DNA of 64,000 nt from positions 124,001 to 188,000 of the forward strand of contig OW569345.1 of the NCBI GenBank assembly GCA_937625935.1, given 5' to 3'. Numbering within the stretch: the stretch's first letter is position 1; the number at the start of each line of letters is the position of its first letter. Under the pieces are notes generated by a model. That model made no database searches. It was not told the origin of the DNA and was given only the letters and a program-made list of their open reading frames with translations. The translations under genes and the position numbers were made by a program. The stretch is from Tetramitus jugosus. Taxonomy: Eukaryota; Protista; Heterolobosea. Positions 23,048 to 35,485 of this stretch are shown here, piece after piece.

Positions 23048-25285
23048 ATGACAACAACAACATTGGCGTTTGAGCCATTGCAATCCATGGTGGATCCCGA
23101 GTTTTGGAGTGAATTGAGCACCAGAAAGCTCACAGAGTACAGACTGGACAAATCAGAGAGAAACATTTTTGCGATTTATACGACTGGAGAGACCTCTGCC
23201 TCTCATGTCAATAGCTCTCGCATCTCCATCAACGGAGAGTCTTTTTTGAAGCCTGCCAAATCTGCTACAGATGACAATAAGGAAGACAATCGTGCTCTGG
23301 CATTTGTTGGCAACCGATATTCCAATATTGCTCCTGGTGTGCTGTTGAATGTGAACACTGCTGATGAATTCAAAGATTTGGATAAGAAGAAATTTTTGAG
23401 AGAACAGTGTCTTTCGATGCTAAAGCGTGTGTGCAGTGGTGATTGGGTGACGAATCCGAGTGTTCTCGCCACGTTTTGTCTCTTGTCGTTTGCTGATTTG
23501 AAGAGCTATACGTTTTATTATTGGTTTGCGTTCCCAACAATTGTACCGTTGAAGGCAATTGAACAAGTTGGAACTGTTCGGTCATTGTCTAGCCTGTGTT
23601 CCTCAGGCATGAATCAACAAGAAGAAGAACAGCAGCGATTCAACAATACCGAAATGGATTCATTGACAAAGAGCTATCTGTTGTATCAAATTGAGTCATC
23701 ATTGAACAACAAGGGATTTTTTGTTGTGTCTCAGAGTGCTGATGATGTGAGCAACCATTTTTTGATTCATCCATTGTCCGAATATGCTGCTGTTCGATCC
23801 AGTAACAGAGAGATTCTATTTGGTTTCAACGATCCAGGATGTTTAGCAGAGAACGCTAATGTACTATTGAAGAATTATATTGTCGCAATTGCCCTCACAT
23901 TTAAACTTTCAACTTTTAAGGTGGTTTGCTTTAGAGTGTCCAAGGGTGGAGACAAGGTTGATATATCCAAATCGATTGTTATTGAAGTCCGCGTTAACCT
24001 GGATCAACTGATTAATAAGCAGGCAATAGAGTACTTGTCTCAAGAATCTCAATCACAAGACAGTGCAGATGTGCAAGATGTGCTCGATTCTATCAAGATT
24101 GTCGGCTGGGAGAAGAACCTCAAGGGTGCTCTTGCTCCAAGGCACATTAATCTCTCATCCATGATGGATCCAATGAGATTGGCTGCCAATTCGGTCTCAT
24201 TGAACTTGGAGTTAATGAAATGGAGAATGTTTCCAGATTTAGACTTGAGGTTACTCTCACAAACAAAGTGCTTGCTGATTGGATCAGGTACATTGGGATG
24301 CCATGTAGCAAGAAACTTGATGGCTTGGGGCATCTTCAATATTACCATGGTCGATAGAACAAAGGTAAGCTTTAGCAATCCAGTTCGTCAGCCGCTGTAT
24401 GAATTTGAGGATTGTTTGAACGGAGGAAGAGACAAGGCAAAGTGTGCAGCTGAAAAATTGAAGAAAATATTTCCATTGGCTAACGTTAGAGGTGAATCAT
24501 TGGATATTCCAATGCCAGGCCATGTTGTGCCAGATTCGGAGATTGAGAATGTGAGAAAGAATTATGAGAAAATGGAGCGTTTGATCTTGGAGCACGATGT
24601 AATATATTTGTTGACCGATACAAGAGAAAGCCGATGGTTACCTAGTGTAATGGGAGCTCAGCATCGAAAAATAGTTATTAACGCAGCGCTTGGATATGAA
24701 TCCTATGTTGTGATGCGTCATGGTGTTGTTTGCGACGATGATTCAACTCCTTATCGTCTTGGTTGCTATTTCTGTAACGATGTTGTGGCTCCAGTTGATA
24801 GCACTCGAGATAGAACACTGGACATGCAATGCACAGTTACCAGACCAGGTGTGTCAGCAATGGCTGGTGCTCTTGCCGTCGAACTGTTAGTCTCAATGGT
24901 GCATCATCCAAAACACAAGTACGCTCCAGCATCTATCCTCTCATCTGAAAATGATGTCGCCAATCGAAAGAGCAACCACGTGGATGTCGGAGGTAGCACT
25001 GCGAGTGACTTTGGCTGGGTTCCTCACCAAATTCGAGGTAGTCTCACAAACTTCCAAACGTACCTCATGGTAGGTGCTGCCTACGATCAATGTACAGCCT
25101 GCTCCCACATCATTCTTGACAAGTATGCCACAGAAGGGTTCTCGTTCATGCTCCAAGCTTTCAATAACCCTGGCTTGCTAGAAGAATTAACGGGCCTCAA
25201 GGAGCTTCATGAAAAAACCCAAAAGCTATTTGATGATTTCGAAGCACTCGACGACGACGACGACGAAGACTTCGAGCTCCTCTAA
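23048..25285 (+). CDS. ATG7: Autophagy E1-like enzyme ATG7
   Basis: FADLKSYTFYYWFAFP, GSGTLGC, VSFSNPVRQ, LTDTRESRW, RLGCYFCND, catalytic LDMQCTVTRPG, PHQIRG. Confidence 0.96.
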   Translation: MTTTTLAFEPLQSMVDPEFWSELSTRKLTEYRLDKSERNIFAIYTTGETSASHVNSSRISINGESFLKPAKSATDDNKEDNRALAFVGNRYSNIAPGVLLNVNTADEFKDLDKKKFLREQCLSMLKRVCSGDWVTNPSVLATFCLLSFADLKSYTFYYWFAFPTIVPLKAIEQVGTVRSLSSLCSSGMNQQEEEQQRFNNTEMDSLTKSYLLYQIESSLNNKGFFVVSQSADDVSNHFLIHPLSEYAAVRSSNREILFGFNDPGCLAENANVLLKNYIVAIALTFKLSTFKVVCFRVSKGGDKVDISKSIVIEVRVNLDQLINKQAIEYLSQESQSQDSADVQDVLDSIKIVGWEKNLKGALAPRHINLSSMMDPMRLAANSVSLNLELMKWRMFPDLDLRLLSQTKCLLIGSGTLGCHVARNLMAWGIFNITMVDRTKVSFSNPVRQPLYEFEDCLNGGRDKAKCAAEKLKKIFPLANVRGESLDIPMPGHVVPDSEIENVRKNYEKMERLILEHDVIYLLTDTRESRWLPSVMGAQHRKIVINAALGYESYVVMRHGVVCDDDSTPYRLGCYFCNDVVAPVDSTRDRTLDMQCTVTRPGVSAMAGALAVELLVSMVHHPKHKYAPASILSSENDVANRKSNHVDVGGSTASDFGWVPHQIRGSLTNFQTYLMVGAAYDQCTACSHIILDKYATEGFSFMLQAFNNPGLLEELTGLKELHEKTQKLFDDFEALDDDDDEDFELL

Positions 25286-25572
25286 TGTAGATACAGCTCA
25301 TGAAATATTCATCTTGTCAACAACATTTTGTTCGTAAAGAAGCCTTCGTTGGTACCTGTAGCTCTAAAATTCTGAAGTGCTTGTTGGGACATTCTTCGAG
25401 TTAGTGTTCCGTCGGGCAGCTGAGCACGCTTATTTTGGCGGCAACATTCTTTTACGTATCCGTCAAGAAAACAAGAGATAGGAACAGCGAGCTCGAACAT
25501 TAACAAGGTTTTGGTGTGGTAGTTCGTTCGTACTTTGAGAAACATTAGAGGATAATAGCAAAAATAATAACA

Positions 25573-28500
25573 ATGACAGATTCTTCAGTTAGAGTAGCTG
25601 TGCGTTGCCGTCCCTTCAACGAGAGGTACATGCGAACTTTTATCAACCTTCACATACTTACTTAGCTCTACTCTTTCTAACCTTCAACATTGAAAATGTA
25701 GAGAAATTCGTTTGCAATCAAAATGTTGTGTGGAAATGGTGGATAATGCAACACATCTCGTGAGTCCAGATGGCAAATTGTACAAGTTTTCGTATGACTA
25801 CTCCTATTGGTCACATCAGGAATCTGACCCCAATTATGCCTCTCAAACAACTGTGTACAATGATCTTGGCAAGTCTGTGCTTGATAATGCATGGGAGGGC
25901 TATAATACGAGTTTGTTTGCTTATGGACAAACAGGTTCTGGTAAGGTAGGTTCCCTTGTTTCTGTGTGTCATTTTGGTTTGCGTTTATCGCTGACCCTTA
26001 CACTTCTCTTGTTGTGTGAATAAATCATTTGTCAGAGTTACTCCATGGTCGGTTCCAAGGAGGACTATGGTATCATTCCACGTGTGCTGAAAGAACTCTT
26101 TGATAGAATGGAGCAAGAGAAAGGGGCTCACTTTAGAGTAAGTACATTTACTTGTTGAATGATTATTGTTTGAGACCTCGAACATAACCAATTTTGTCTT
26201 AGGTGGAAACGAGCATGATTGAAATTTACAATGAAAATGTGAGAGACTTGTTTAATCCGACCAATCCTTTGAATCATGGAGGAGGATTGAAAGTGAGAGA
26301 ACATCCTAACACGGGTCCCTACGTAGAAGGTCTCGAGTTGTGTCTTGTCCATAATTACGAGGATGTGAGCGCATTGATGGAGGAAGGTGCTAAGATGCGT
26401 ACAATTGCTAAAACTAATATGAACGACACTTCCAGTCGTGCTCATACAATTTTTCAAATTATATTCACCCAATCAAGGATCGCATTTGGCGATGATGGCT
26501 CTACTGTCGTCTCTGAGAAAGTCTCCAAAATCAATCTAATTGATTTAGCAGGTAGCGAAAGAGTGTCAAAAACTGGTGCTACGGGACAGAGACTGAAGGA
26601 AGGAAGCTCCATCAATGTATCATTAACTGCATTGGGTAATGTCATCAACAAGCTGGCTGAGAAGTGCTCTGGTGAGAAGAGGAAAGTATTTGTACCTTAC
26701 AGAGACTCCCAATTGACTTGGTTGTTAAAGGAGAGTTTGGGTGGTAATGCAAAAACCATTATGATTGCTGCTATCAGCCCTAGCGAAGATAATTTTGCTG
26801 AGTCGTTGAATACATTGCGCTATGCCTCGAGAGCAAAGGTCATCACCAATAAGGCAAGAATTAATGAGGATCCAAACGTGAAGATTATTCGTGAGTTGAA
26901 GGAAGAGATTGAGAGATTGAGAATGCTGTTGACTGAAAGGACTGTCCCAATGACTAAACCAACCGGTAAGCAACAAGATGTAAAACAAGAACACGACGAT
27001 AATATTAAATTGATGGAGCAATTAGAAGCAAGTCAAAAGATCATTGAACAATTGCAGATGACTAGCGAAGACAAGGAAAAGAGAACAGCTGAAATTCAGA
27101 GAGCAAGACAAAGAGCTCTCGCGGATGCCGGTCTGAGCGTTACAGACCAAGGAGAACTAGTTGGAATTGATGCGAAGAAAACACCTCACTTTATAAACTT
27201 GAATGAGGATCCAATGATGACAGGATGTTTGGTATACTTCTTCAAGGAGGGTGAGACAAGAATTGGTCGAGACAAATCAAACACTATAACCCTGACTGGT
27301 CTCCATATTCGTCCTGAACACTGTTGTATAACCAATGAAAATGGAATAGTGTCTGTCATACCAATAGGCGATGCTGTAGTCTATGTCAATGGTAAACAAA
27401 TTGAGGGAGCAGTCGAGCTTCACTCCCAAGACAGAGTTATTTTGGGTAGCAATCACGTGTTTAGATTCTCCAATCCTCTGATGCCACCAAAAGGACCTGG
27501 AGTGACCATTGATTGGAACTTTGCCCAAAATGAATTGGCTGAGGAGCAAAATCGCTTGGTCAAGCTTGCAATTATGAAGAAAGAACAACAACTCGAAGAA
27601 AGCATGAAAGAAAAATTGAAAAAGCTCGAAGAAGAATTTGAGCATGAGAGACAGCGACAGCAAGAAGCCATTGATAAACAAATGCAAGAATTGGAGACGA
27701 AGAAGAAGGAAGTAGACGCAGAGTTGCAGAAGAACAGACCAAGATCCAAGTCAAAGACTGGAGGAACATGGAAGGAGAAGTTTTTTAAAGCTGTCAAAGG
27801 AATGCAAGACAAACTTAAGACTACTAAGCAAGAAGTTGTGAAGGAACAAGAGAAGGAAATTCTTCAACAAAGGAGATTAGATGAACAATTGATTAGAATG
27901 CTTCCCTTGATAAAGGATGGTAATGATATGGCCTCTGAAATGAAGAAGAGCGTGAAGTATGACTTGAAAATTGTGATCAAAAACAACATGCCACTGTTAA
28001 ATATTCAAGTTCTCGACAGAAATAAGAATCCTCCAAAGGTTTCTCTCTGGCAACCAGAAGAGTTCGAGAACAGACTTTTCAAAATTCGTGAACGATATAG
28101 AATTTGGCAGCAAGATCAAGAGAATTATGTAGAAGTGCATGAAACGAGAGATCCATTCTACGACAGCTACATTAATTTGATTGGGGCTTGTAAGATTAGC
28201 TTGAAACCATTGGCATTAAATTCCCCCAAGGAATACCAAGCTGAGATTTTAGACAACGAAGGAGATATGCAAGGAAACCTACTTGTTTCTATCGAACCAT
28301 GCACACCTGATATGAGAGACCGCCCTCCACCTGTCAAGAATAGTGATGAACTTCTTGGCACTAGTCTGCATTTCATTATTAAGATTTATGGCTTGCGAAA
28401 TATGATTAAGCCAATTAGCAACAACACATTCGTAAGGTTCAGATTCTACACGGAGAATTACGTGTCTACGAACTATGCCAGCGGTAGAAACCCCTCATAC

Positions 28501-28707
28501 AACTTTAAGAGAAAGTATCACATCAAGAACGTGACAGAAGACTTGATTAACTATCTGGAGGACAGCGAAATAGTGTTTGAAGTATTCGGAGAGCAGAAAT
28601 CTGAGGAATCCTTGCAAATGAACACCCCAATGAGTCCAACAAGACAAGACACAGACAGTCCCAGGAAAAGAAAAGACTCTCCTGTCCCTCGATCTCCTAT
28701 GCCCTAA
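25573..28707 (+). CDS. Kinesin-3 family motor (KIF28/KIF1-like, with FHA domain); exons 25573-25625, 25702-25945, 26036-26137, 26203-28707
   Basis: VRVAVRCRPFN, P-loop GQTGSGKS, SSRAH, DLAGSER, PYRDS, FINLNEDP then FHA (HC..., GSNHVFRF); three in-phase GT-AG introns. Confidence 0.92.
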
Positions 28708-28899
28708 TCAATTCCCATGGGCGATCCGAATAAACGACTCACGAAAGACCTTTATCAAAACAATGCTCCACTAGAATGAAAAAATGTGACAAGTATTACT
28801 TTATATAATAGCCAGTTACAATGCGTTTACAAAAAAAATGAGTCACTAAGTCTCAGTGTGCGCCAGCAAATAAAAGATGTATCCCAACCATGTGTCTTC

Positions 28900-30006
28900 T
28901 CAAAGCATACATGAATTGCTGGATCTGACCTTTTGTAACAATTGGGCGTGATGTAACTGCATATCATTGTCGGTTGGTTCCAACGCGAAAGCCATCGCAG
29001 CGTCACGCAACGACAGTACAAACTCACCCAATTGCTCCAATAACAGCGATCGGTTGTAGTATGCCTTGGCATAACCTGGTTCGAGCTCAATGGCCCTCGT
29101 ATAATCAGCCAAAGCCCGTTGAAACTCTTCCAGAGATTCCAACCCGATGGCACGATTGTTCAGAGCCACAGCATAATCCTGTCTAATCTCCAACGCTTTT
29201 GAATAATCCAAAACAGCCTTCTCAGCATTCGGATAATTGAACCAACCTCTCAAATGATAAAACAGAGCAGTCAAATTCTGTTGAATGACACGCTCATTCG
29301 TTCTAAAGTACTGACACACTTGCAACTGCTCCAGGCATGCAGTGCACGGTGCAAGATGAGAGGCCTTGGACGACGGTGACAGTGTCATTCTCGTGTGATA
29401 CACTGCAAACTTTGCCAACAGAACAATCAACGAAGAATCCACCAGTACTCGCTCTGCTTTTGGCTGTCCCAGATAAATGATTCCAGTCGATCCAAACATT
29501 CTTGGCAATTGATTGTTCATGCGAGCAGCAGAATTGTTATGATGAACATAACAGTGTTCCTCTGCATGTTGAATCAAACTTTCCAATTCTTGCAATGGGA
29601 TCAATTCCCGGTTCAATGGCAATTTGACATGTTCATAGGTCAATCGACTAAAATCTTGAGAATCTGATGCACAGCACACGACAGCCACCAATGCATCCCA
29701 ATATTTTCTAGTCTTGAGTGATAGAGTCACAGAAAAGGAACTATTGAGTGCAATCATGTGTTGATCTGTTCGTATATTCAAGTGTACACTACTGTCTTGT
29801 ACTACTACTCTACTTTGATTATTGTTGTTGTTATTGTTATTATTATTGTTGGTTGAGTGTTGTTGTTGATGGTTGTTGAGAGGATGATCGTCTTGTTTGT
29901 AACGTTTGGAGAGTGGTTCATGATGAGGATGATTGTTGTTATTGTGGTGTTTATTGTTGTTGCTGATCAATAACCTGGTGGTATTGGTTGGTGCTTTTCT
30001 CTTCAT
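28900..30006 (-). CDS. TPR-repeat protein with Asn-rich N-terminus
   Basis: C-terminal TPRs (AVLDYSKALEI, ALADYTRAIELEPGYAKAYYNR); first ATG at 30006. Confidence 0.75.
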   Translation of the reverse strand: MKRKAPTNTTRLLISNNNKHHNNNNHPHHEPLSKRYKQDDHPLNNHQQQHSTNNNNNNNNNNNQSRVVVQDSSVHLNIRTDQHMIALNSSFSVTLSLKTRKYWDALVAVVCCASDSQDFSRLTYEHVKLPLNRELIPLQELESLIQHAEEHCYVHHNNSAARMNNQLPRMFGSTGIIYLGQPKAERVLVDSSLIVLLAKFAVYHTRMTLSPSSKASHLAPCTACLEQLQVCQYFRTNERVIQQNLTALFYHLRGWFNYPNAEKAVLDYSKALEIRQDYAVALNNRAIGLESLEEFQRALADYTRAIELEPGYAKAYYNRSLLLEQLGEFVLSLRDAAMAFALEPTDNDMQLHHAQLLQKVRSSNSCML

Positions 30007-30966
30007 TTTTTTGTTCGTTTTTTTTAAGGTAGCTTGGGTGTTATTGTTGTTATTGTTGTTGTAGTGTGATGGAGAGAGCACGTGTGTGCAGTGATCTATA
30101 TAAATAGTTGATAAAAGTTGTTGTTGTTGTTGTGTAGTGTAGTGATATTGGTTAGACTACTACTGTTGTCAGTTCAACTGCTGTTGTTGGTTTTCAGTGC
30201 AAAAAACTCAAGCTTTTGGAAGACAATCGCATGCACGAAACCAGGAATACTTTTTTGTGTGTGTGTATAGACGTAGAGACACACTGTGAGGTATTCTGGA
30301 TAGGGGAAAAAAAAGAGAGGTTGGGGGTGTTAGGTTGTTGGTTGGTTGGTTTGGTTGGGTTCGTTTGCTTCGCAGCTGAAATGTATGTCAGTTGGTGGTT
30401 GGTTGGTTTTTTTTCGTTCCGCGGAACCTACAACGCAACACCGCGCAGGGGTTTGGCACACAGTGGGAGATTTTTAGAAGCATAAAATCAGGTGTGGTGA
30501 TGTTCCGTTCGGACATCCAACACACACGTTCCAGCTGTCAGTCAACAGCTGTGATTCCACTTGACGTCAAACAGCACAGGGCTTTGAGCTGCAACAAACG
30601 ATGGAACCAACAAGAAGACATTAAGCAGAAATTACCACGATTCACACATGTGTTTTTAACTTAATTAATTTCAGGATCATTGCTTCTCCTATGAATAGCG
30701 TCGAGATCGAATATTCGTGATTTCTCTACCAAACAAAACAAGTTTTCCTTCCACAAGAGGACACGTCAAAAGAGCATTTCGGTGATCGCCCTCGTTGGAA
30801 ACGGTTTGAACTGCTGTCGGGATATCATGCATGATAGTTCCAGCAATTCGTGGAACTTGATTCGTCACTTCCAGCAATAACAGGAATCGAGCGCAAAAAA
30901 ACAAAAAAAGCAAAGAACAAAGAAATTGTTCCCTTTGCCGCTTTTCACCCAAACAACAACAATAGC

Positions 30967-33900
30967 ATGTCCAACCACGTTGACAACAAAAAGCAATACT
31001 CTGTCGAGGATGAAGAAAAGCGCGAAAACAAAAAACGACGACAAACATCATCCTCTCTCAACAACAACAACATGAACAACAATAGCAGTATCACAACAAC
31101 TGACTTTCAACAACAAGCAAAACGTTTCAAGCTCACTCATGTAAATGTGACTGAGAGAGAGGAACCACTAGCCAATTATCAAAAAATACTGATGCCCCTT
31201 ATCGACAATAATGAAACAACAATATCAACAACAGAAGCAACAGAAACAATGACCAGTGATGCCACAATAGAAGAGTCATTATCATCATCATCATCACCTA
31301 TGGATCAATCAAATGCAAAAGTCAATACAGCAGCTGCTGAAATAGAACAACTAGATGCACCTACTACTACTTTACCGTTATCATCATCATCAACATCTAA
31401 TATTGAACTCACAATTGACAATCGCAGTGAAGAAAAAAATGATGGACAAAGTGAGCTCACGGACTCAGTGAAAGAAAACGACTCTCTCACCGTAAAATAT
31501 GAAAACTTAAGCGAGAGTAGTAACAACACAACAACAGATGCGACAACAGAGACAATAATGTTGATAGAGAGTGATGAACACGATGAGTTCAATGTCGAGG
31601 ACATGGGAGACGAGTATTGCAATGTGGAGGATTTTGTTGATGAGGAAGAAGACGATGGAGAAGCGATTGGTGAAAGTGTGAGTGAAGCAACGAGTGACAA
31701 TCACAGTCATGAAATTGACCCATCTTCCATTGATTATTTTGTCGACATGTTTCAATTGCCAGAGGAGTGCAAAGACATTTTCAAGAGCCGAAACATTCAT
31801 CAATTGTATGATTGGCAGCAACAAGTGTTGAAGAAGATGATGGAGACGAAATGTGAGAAAAGTTTGTTGTACTCTCTATCGACCAGTGCAGGAAAAACCT
31901 TGGTGAGCGAATTTCTACTATTGTATACATGTCAAGTGAGACGGAGGAACGCTATGCTTGTTTTGCCCTATGTGTCAATTGTGGAGGAGAAGAAGGCTAG
32001 TTTAGACTTGTTTGCCGAGTTTTTAAATTTTCATGTGGAGTGTTACTATGCCAACAGAGGAACTTGGCCTGTTCCTGCATTGAGAGATGGTGAGCCGACC
32101 TTTGTGTTTATTACGACGATAGAGAAAGCAAATGCCGTCATTAACGAGTTATTGGAGACTGATAGATTGCACGAACTGGGTTGCATAGTTGTTGATGAAT
32201 TGCACATGATAGGTGACCAGCGCTCTACTGGCAATAATTTAGCCACAAAATCACGAGGAATACTATTGGAGAGTTGTCTAACAAAGGTGAATTACTGGAA
32301 CAGGTTTAAGACGTCGGAAGACAAACGGCCGATACAAATTGTTGGTATGAGTGCTACGATTCCCAACTTACAAAATCTAGCGACGGAATGGTTGGACGCT
32401 GAATTGTATCAATCTAACTTTCGACCCGTTCCTCTACAGGAGCATTATGTTATTGGACCTCGGGTATTTAATTCGCAGAATGAAATGATTCGAGATTTAA
32501 GTAAGTCAGACCCGATTCCTCGAGATAGAGATTTCTGTATAAAGCTATGCTCAGAAGTTATACCAGAGTTTAGCTGTATTGTGTTCTGTCCCACGAAGCG
32601 AATGTGCGAACAAACAGTGTCACATATAGGTTCACTACTCCCTAGGGATGCACTTCAAAAGATGAAAGATCATCGAGTCGAGGAAAAGACGAATCTCGTT
32701 GAGGAGTTGGAAGTTTTATGGGGAGGGCAAGAACAGGGGAGTAATCGTCAGCTTTTAGCCAAATTTATACCTTATGGAATAGTATTTCATCATTCCGGAT
32801 TGACATCAGAGGAGAGAGTCTTGATAGAGAAAGCATTTCAAGATCGGATCATTTGTGTCATATGTGCCACTTCAACTCTTGCTGCAGGAGTTAATCTTCC
32901 TGCTCGGCGAGTGCTCTTCAGAACACCTAAAATTGCCCAAGAACTACTGACCGTGGCTAGATATCGTCAGATGGCAGGTAGAGCTGGGCGAGCAGGTATC
33001 GATGATTATGGCGAATCGTATATGATTATTACAGGAGACAAAGAAGAGCAAAAGAGTGCAATAGAACTGCTCCACAAAACTTTAGACAATTGTGTGAGCC
33101 AATCATTTGTGACTACCGCGAATGATGAATCTGAAAACTTTACAGAAACGGATGAAAATGTCCATGGGATTGCAAAGTTGGTGCTTGAGACCTTCAGTTC
33201 TGGATTATGTAGTAATTTAAGCGAAGTTAAGTCTTTCGCCAAATGTACTCTGTTTTGGCATGTTAATGCAAGCCAAAACGATAGTCTACAAGCTCGTTTT
33301 TTGAAAGCATTCGATCTAGCGTGTCAATATCTGATCAATTCCAAGATTATAGGAGATCGCAATGACAGTAGTCAGCAGAGCAGTAAAGACAACTCTACGT
33401 CTACCTCTCCTTCTCAAAAAGGCGAATATGGGATTACACCACTTGGAATGGCCATTTACAAAAGTTCATTCTCACTCGAGGAGGCAACATTTCTTTCTTC
33501 TCAAATTATGAGAGCTCAAGATGAAGGTATCATCTTATCTGATGAGTTGCACATGTGTTTTTTGTTGACTCCTGTTGGAGATGGTGTGCTAATAAGTCCA
33601 AACTGGAGCGCTTTTTTGGGAGTTTACAACAAGATGACACCTATCAGGCAAAAAATTAGTAAGGCTGTTGGGCTTCAAGACTCTATCTTGTTTGACAAAG
33701 CATATAGCAGAGGATCAAAGGAAATCAAAACAATCGAAGATGTGAAGAGGGAATTGATTGCGAAACGATTTTATAATGCTCTAATTCTGTGCGATGTCAT
33801 CAACGAAGAACCGATAACGGAGGTTGCCAAAAAGTACGGCATCTATAATACTGGTGATATTCAAACACTCATGACACAGTCATCCATGTTTAGCAATATG

Positions 33901-34401
33901 ATGCATACTTTTTGCAGTAATTTGTCATGGAACTGTCTGGATGTGTTGATTAGACAGTTCACTGATAGGATTGCCTATGGTGTGAGGGCTGAATTGTTGG
34001 AGTTAGCACAGATTTCTGGTGTAAGTGCATCACTTGCCCGGGTGCTCTTCAATTTAGGGTTAAAAACACAAGTTGAACTCGCTCAGAAAACGTGGAAGGA
34101 ACTATTGGAACTGGTTCAGAACTACACAACCACTAGTAACTCCAATAATCAGTCATCAGCTCGGGAGTTGATTGGCTTGCTCACCACTGATCCGGAATCT
34201 TGTGTTCAAGGTATCGTTAGAGATGTCAAACAAACTCTCAATAAGAAGGCAACACAATTGAGAAGGCTTGCTGATGAATGCGATCAACAAATTGATGACA
34301 ACTACGATGATCATTCTGATGTAGAGGAGGGCACCATTATTTTTGACGATTCATTTGACGAAGGTATAACACGTGAAGGAAATTTGCTGCCCGACTTCTG
34401 A
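30967..34401 (+). CDS. HELQ: HELQ / POLQ-like SF2 DNA helicase (no polymerase domain)
   Basis: LYDWQ Q-motif, STSAGKT, DELH, MSAT, FHHSGL, ATSTLAAGVNLPA, QMAGRAGR, HhH region; first ATG in the ORF at 30967. Confidence 0.88.
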   Translation: MSNHVDNKKQYSVEDEEKRENKKRRQTSSSLNNNNMNNNSSITTTDFQQQAKRFKLTHVNVTEREEPLANYQKILMPLIDNNETTISTTEATETMTSDATIEESLSSSSSPMDQSNAKVNTAAAEIEQLDAPTTTLPLSSSSTSNIELTIDNRSEEKNDGQSELTDSVKENDSLTVKYENLSESSNNTTTDATTETIMLIESDEHDEFNVEDMGDEYCNVEDFVDEEEDDGEAIGESVSEATSDNHSHEIDPSSIDYFVDMFQLPEECKDIFKSRNIHQLYDWQQQVLKKMMETKCEKSLLYSLSTSAGKTLVSEFLLLYTCQVRRRNAMLVLPYVSIVEEKKASLDLFAEFLNFHVECYYANRGTWPVPALRDGEPTFVFITTIEKANAVINELLETDRLHELGCIVVDELHMIGDQRSTGNNLATKSRGILLESCLTKVNYWNRFKTSEDKRPIQIVGMSATIPNLQNLATEWLDAELYQSNFRPVPLQEHYVIGPRVFNSQNEMIRDLSKSDPIPRDRDFCIKLCSEVIPEFSCIVFCPTKRMCEQTVSHIGSLLPRDALQKMKDHRVEEKTNLVEELEVLWGGQEQGSNRQLLAKFIPYGIVFHHSGLTSEERVLIEKAFQDRIICVICATSTLAAGVNLPARRVLFRTPKIAQELLTVARYRQMAGRAGRAGIDDYGESYMIITGDKEEQKSAIELLHKTLDNCVSQSFVTTANDESENFTETDENVHGIAKLVLETFSSGLCSNLSEVKSFAKCTLFWHVNASQNDSLQARFLKAFDLACQYLINSKIIGDRNDSSQQSSKDNSTSTSPSQKGEYGITPLGMAIYKSSFSLEEATFLSSQIMRAQDEGIILSDELHMCFLLTPVGDGVLISPNWSAFLGVYNKMTPIRQKISKAVGLQDSILFDKAYSRGSKEIKTIEDVKRELIAKRFYNALILCDVINEEPITEVAKKYGIYNTGDIQTLMTQSSMFSNMMHTFCSNLSWNCLDVLIRQFTDRIAYGVRAELLELAQISGVSASLARVLFNLGLKTQVELAQKTWKELLELVQNYTTTSNSNNQSSARELIGLLTTDPESCVQGIVRDVKQTLNKKATQLRRLADECDQQIDDNYDDHSDVEEGTIIFDDSFDEGITREGNLLPDF

Positions 34402-34630
34402 AACAATTGGAACAGCATCATCTGACTCAAGGAGAAGCTAAAACTGACTCAGGTTTGTATTCATCAAGGAGTTGATTTCTATTTTGAACCAAAACTCCGC
34501 TTGGTGTCGGACCAATGTCCATCAATACAATCCCCAAGGATTTGGGTTATGTTGTATAAATGTGAATGTCATTTGGCGAAAACGGAGGAAGAAACACAAA
34601 ACCAAACAAGAACAGATTAACTATTTGAGA

Positions 34631-35209
34631 ATGAATACTACTTTCCTTTTACTCATTGCCATCGTAATTGCTTTCATTGGATTTACTTCCTGCTCTGTCC
34701 AAACTCTCTACTGTGGAAAGACCCAATGCCCTGCAAAGGATTTATGCTGCAGATACAATGTGATTGGAAATCGTCAACAGTGCTACAACCCTTACACTCA
34801 TTCCTGCTTAGCTGACAAGTACAAGCCAAAGCAGAACTGCCTTTGTGCAAAGTATGATAGATGTTGCAATGGAGTATGCTACAACACTGTGAGATACTTT
34901 TGTGACTTGAAAACGGGTACCATCAAACAAAGACTCCGTTTGACCAAAGTTGCAAGAAAAACAACTTATACCAACCCAAATCAATGTGGAACTTTTCAAT
35001 GCTCCTCCTCTGATTCATGTTGCCACAATAACATTGTTGGTGCATACAGAGAAGTATGTTATTCTACCGCGACTCATGTGTGCACTGCTGACCAATACAA
35101 GCCATCTTACAATTGTCTCTGTGGAGTTCGTGATGCTTGTTGCAATGGAGTTTGCTTCGACAAGTATCTCTACAAGTGCAGCTATGGAAAAGTGGTTCAA
35201 TTGAAGTAA
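34631..35209 (+). CDS. Secreted cysteine-rich protein with two tandem repeats (CBM52/Carb_bind-like)
   Basis: Signal peptide MNTTFLLLIAIV; two ~70-aa repeats CG...CC...CY....H.C.AD.YKP..NCLC...D.CCNGVC....Y.C. Confidence 0.75.
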   Translation: MNTTFLLLIAIVIAFIGFTSCSVQTLYCGKTQCPAKDLCCRYNVIGNRQQCYNPYTHSCLADKYKPKQNCLCAKYDRCCNGVCYNTVRYFCDLKTGTIKQRLRLTKVARKTTYTNPNQCGTFQCSSSDSCCHNNIVGAYREVCYSTATHVCTADQYKPSYNCLCGVRDACCNGVCFDKYLYKCSYGKVVQLK

Positions 35210-35485
35210 CACTTCTCTTTATAAATCAAACTTCTGTCATTCACGTTCCCTATTAGTGGTTAGTTGCACTTATATGTATGTAACCAGTCATTCTCGGAAA
35301 GCGCCTTGTAAAACTGGTGCTTCCATTTCTTCTTGAAGTAGATAGCAATCGTGAAATGGTTTCAATCTTGAAAAGGAAGGATCAGAATAGAGTATCCAAC
35401 ATTGGAATTATTCCATTGGTATTGCAGCTTGAGCTGAATCCTACTTAAGTTGATTTTTATTTTCTTCTGGGAATGCGTCTCAACT

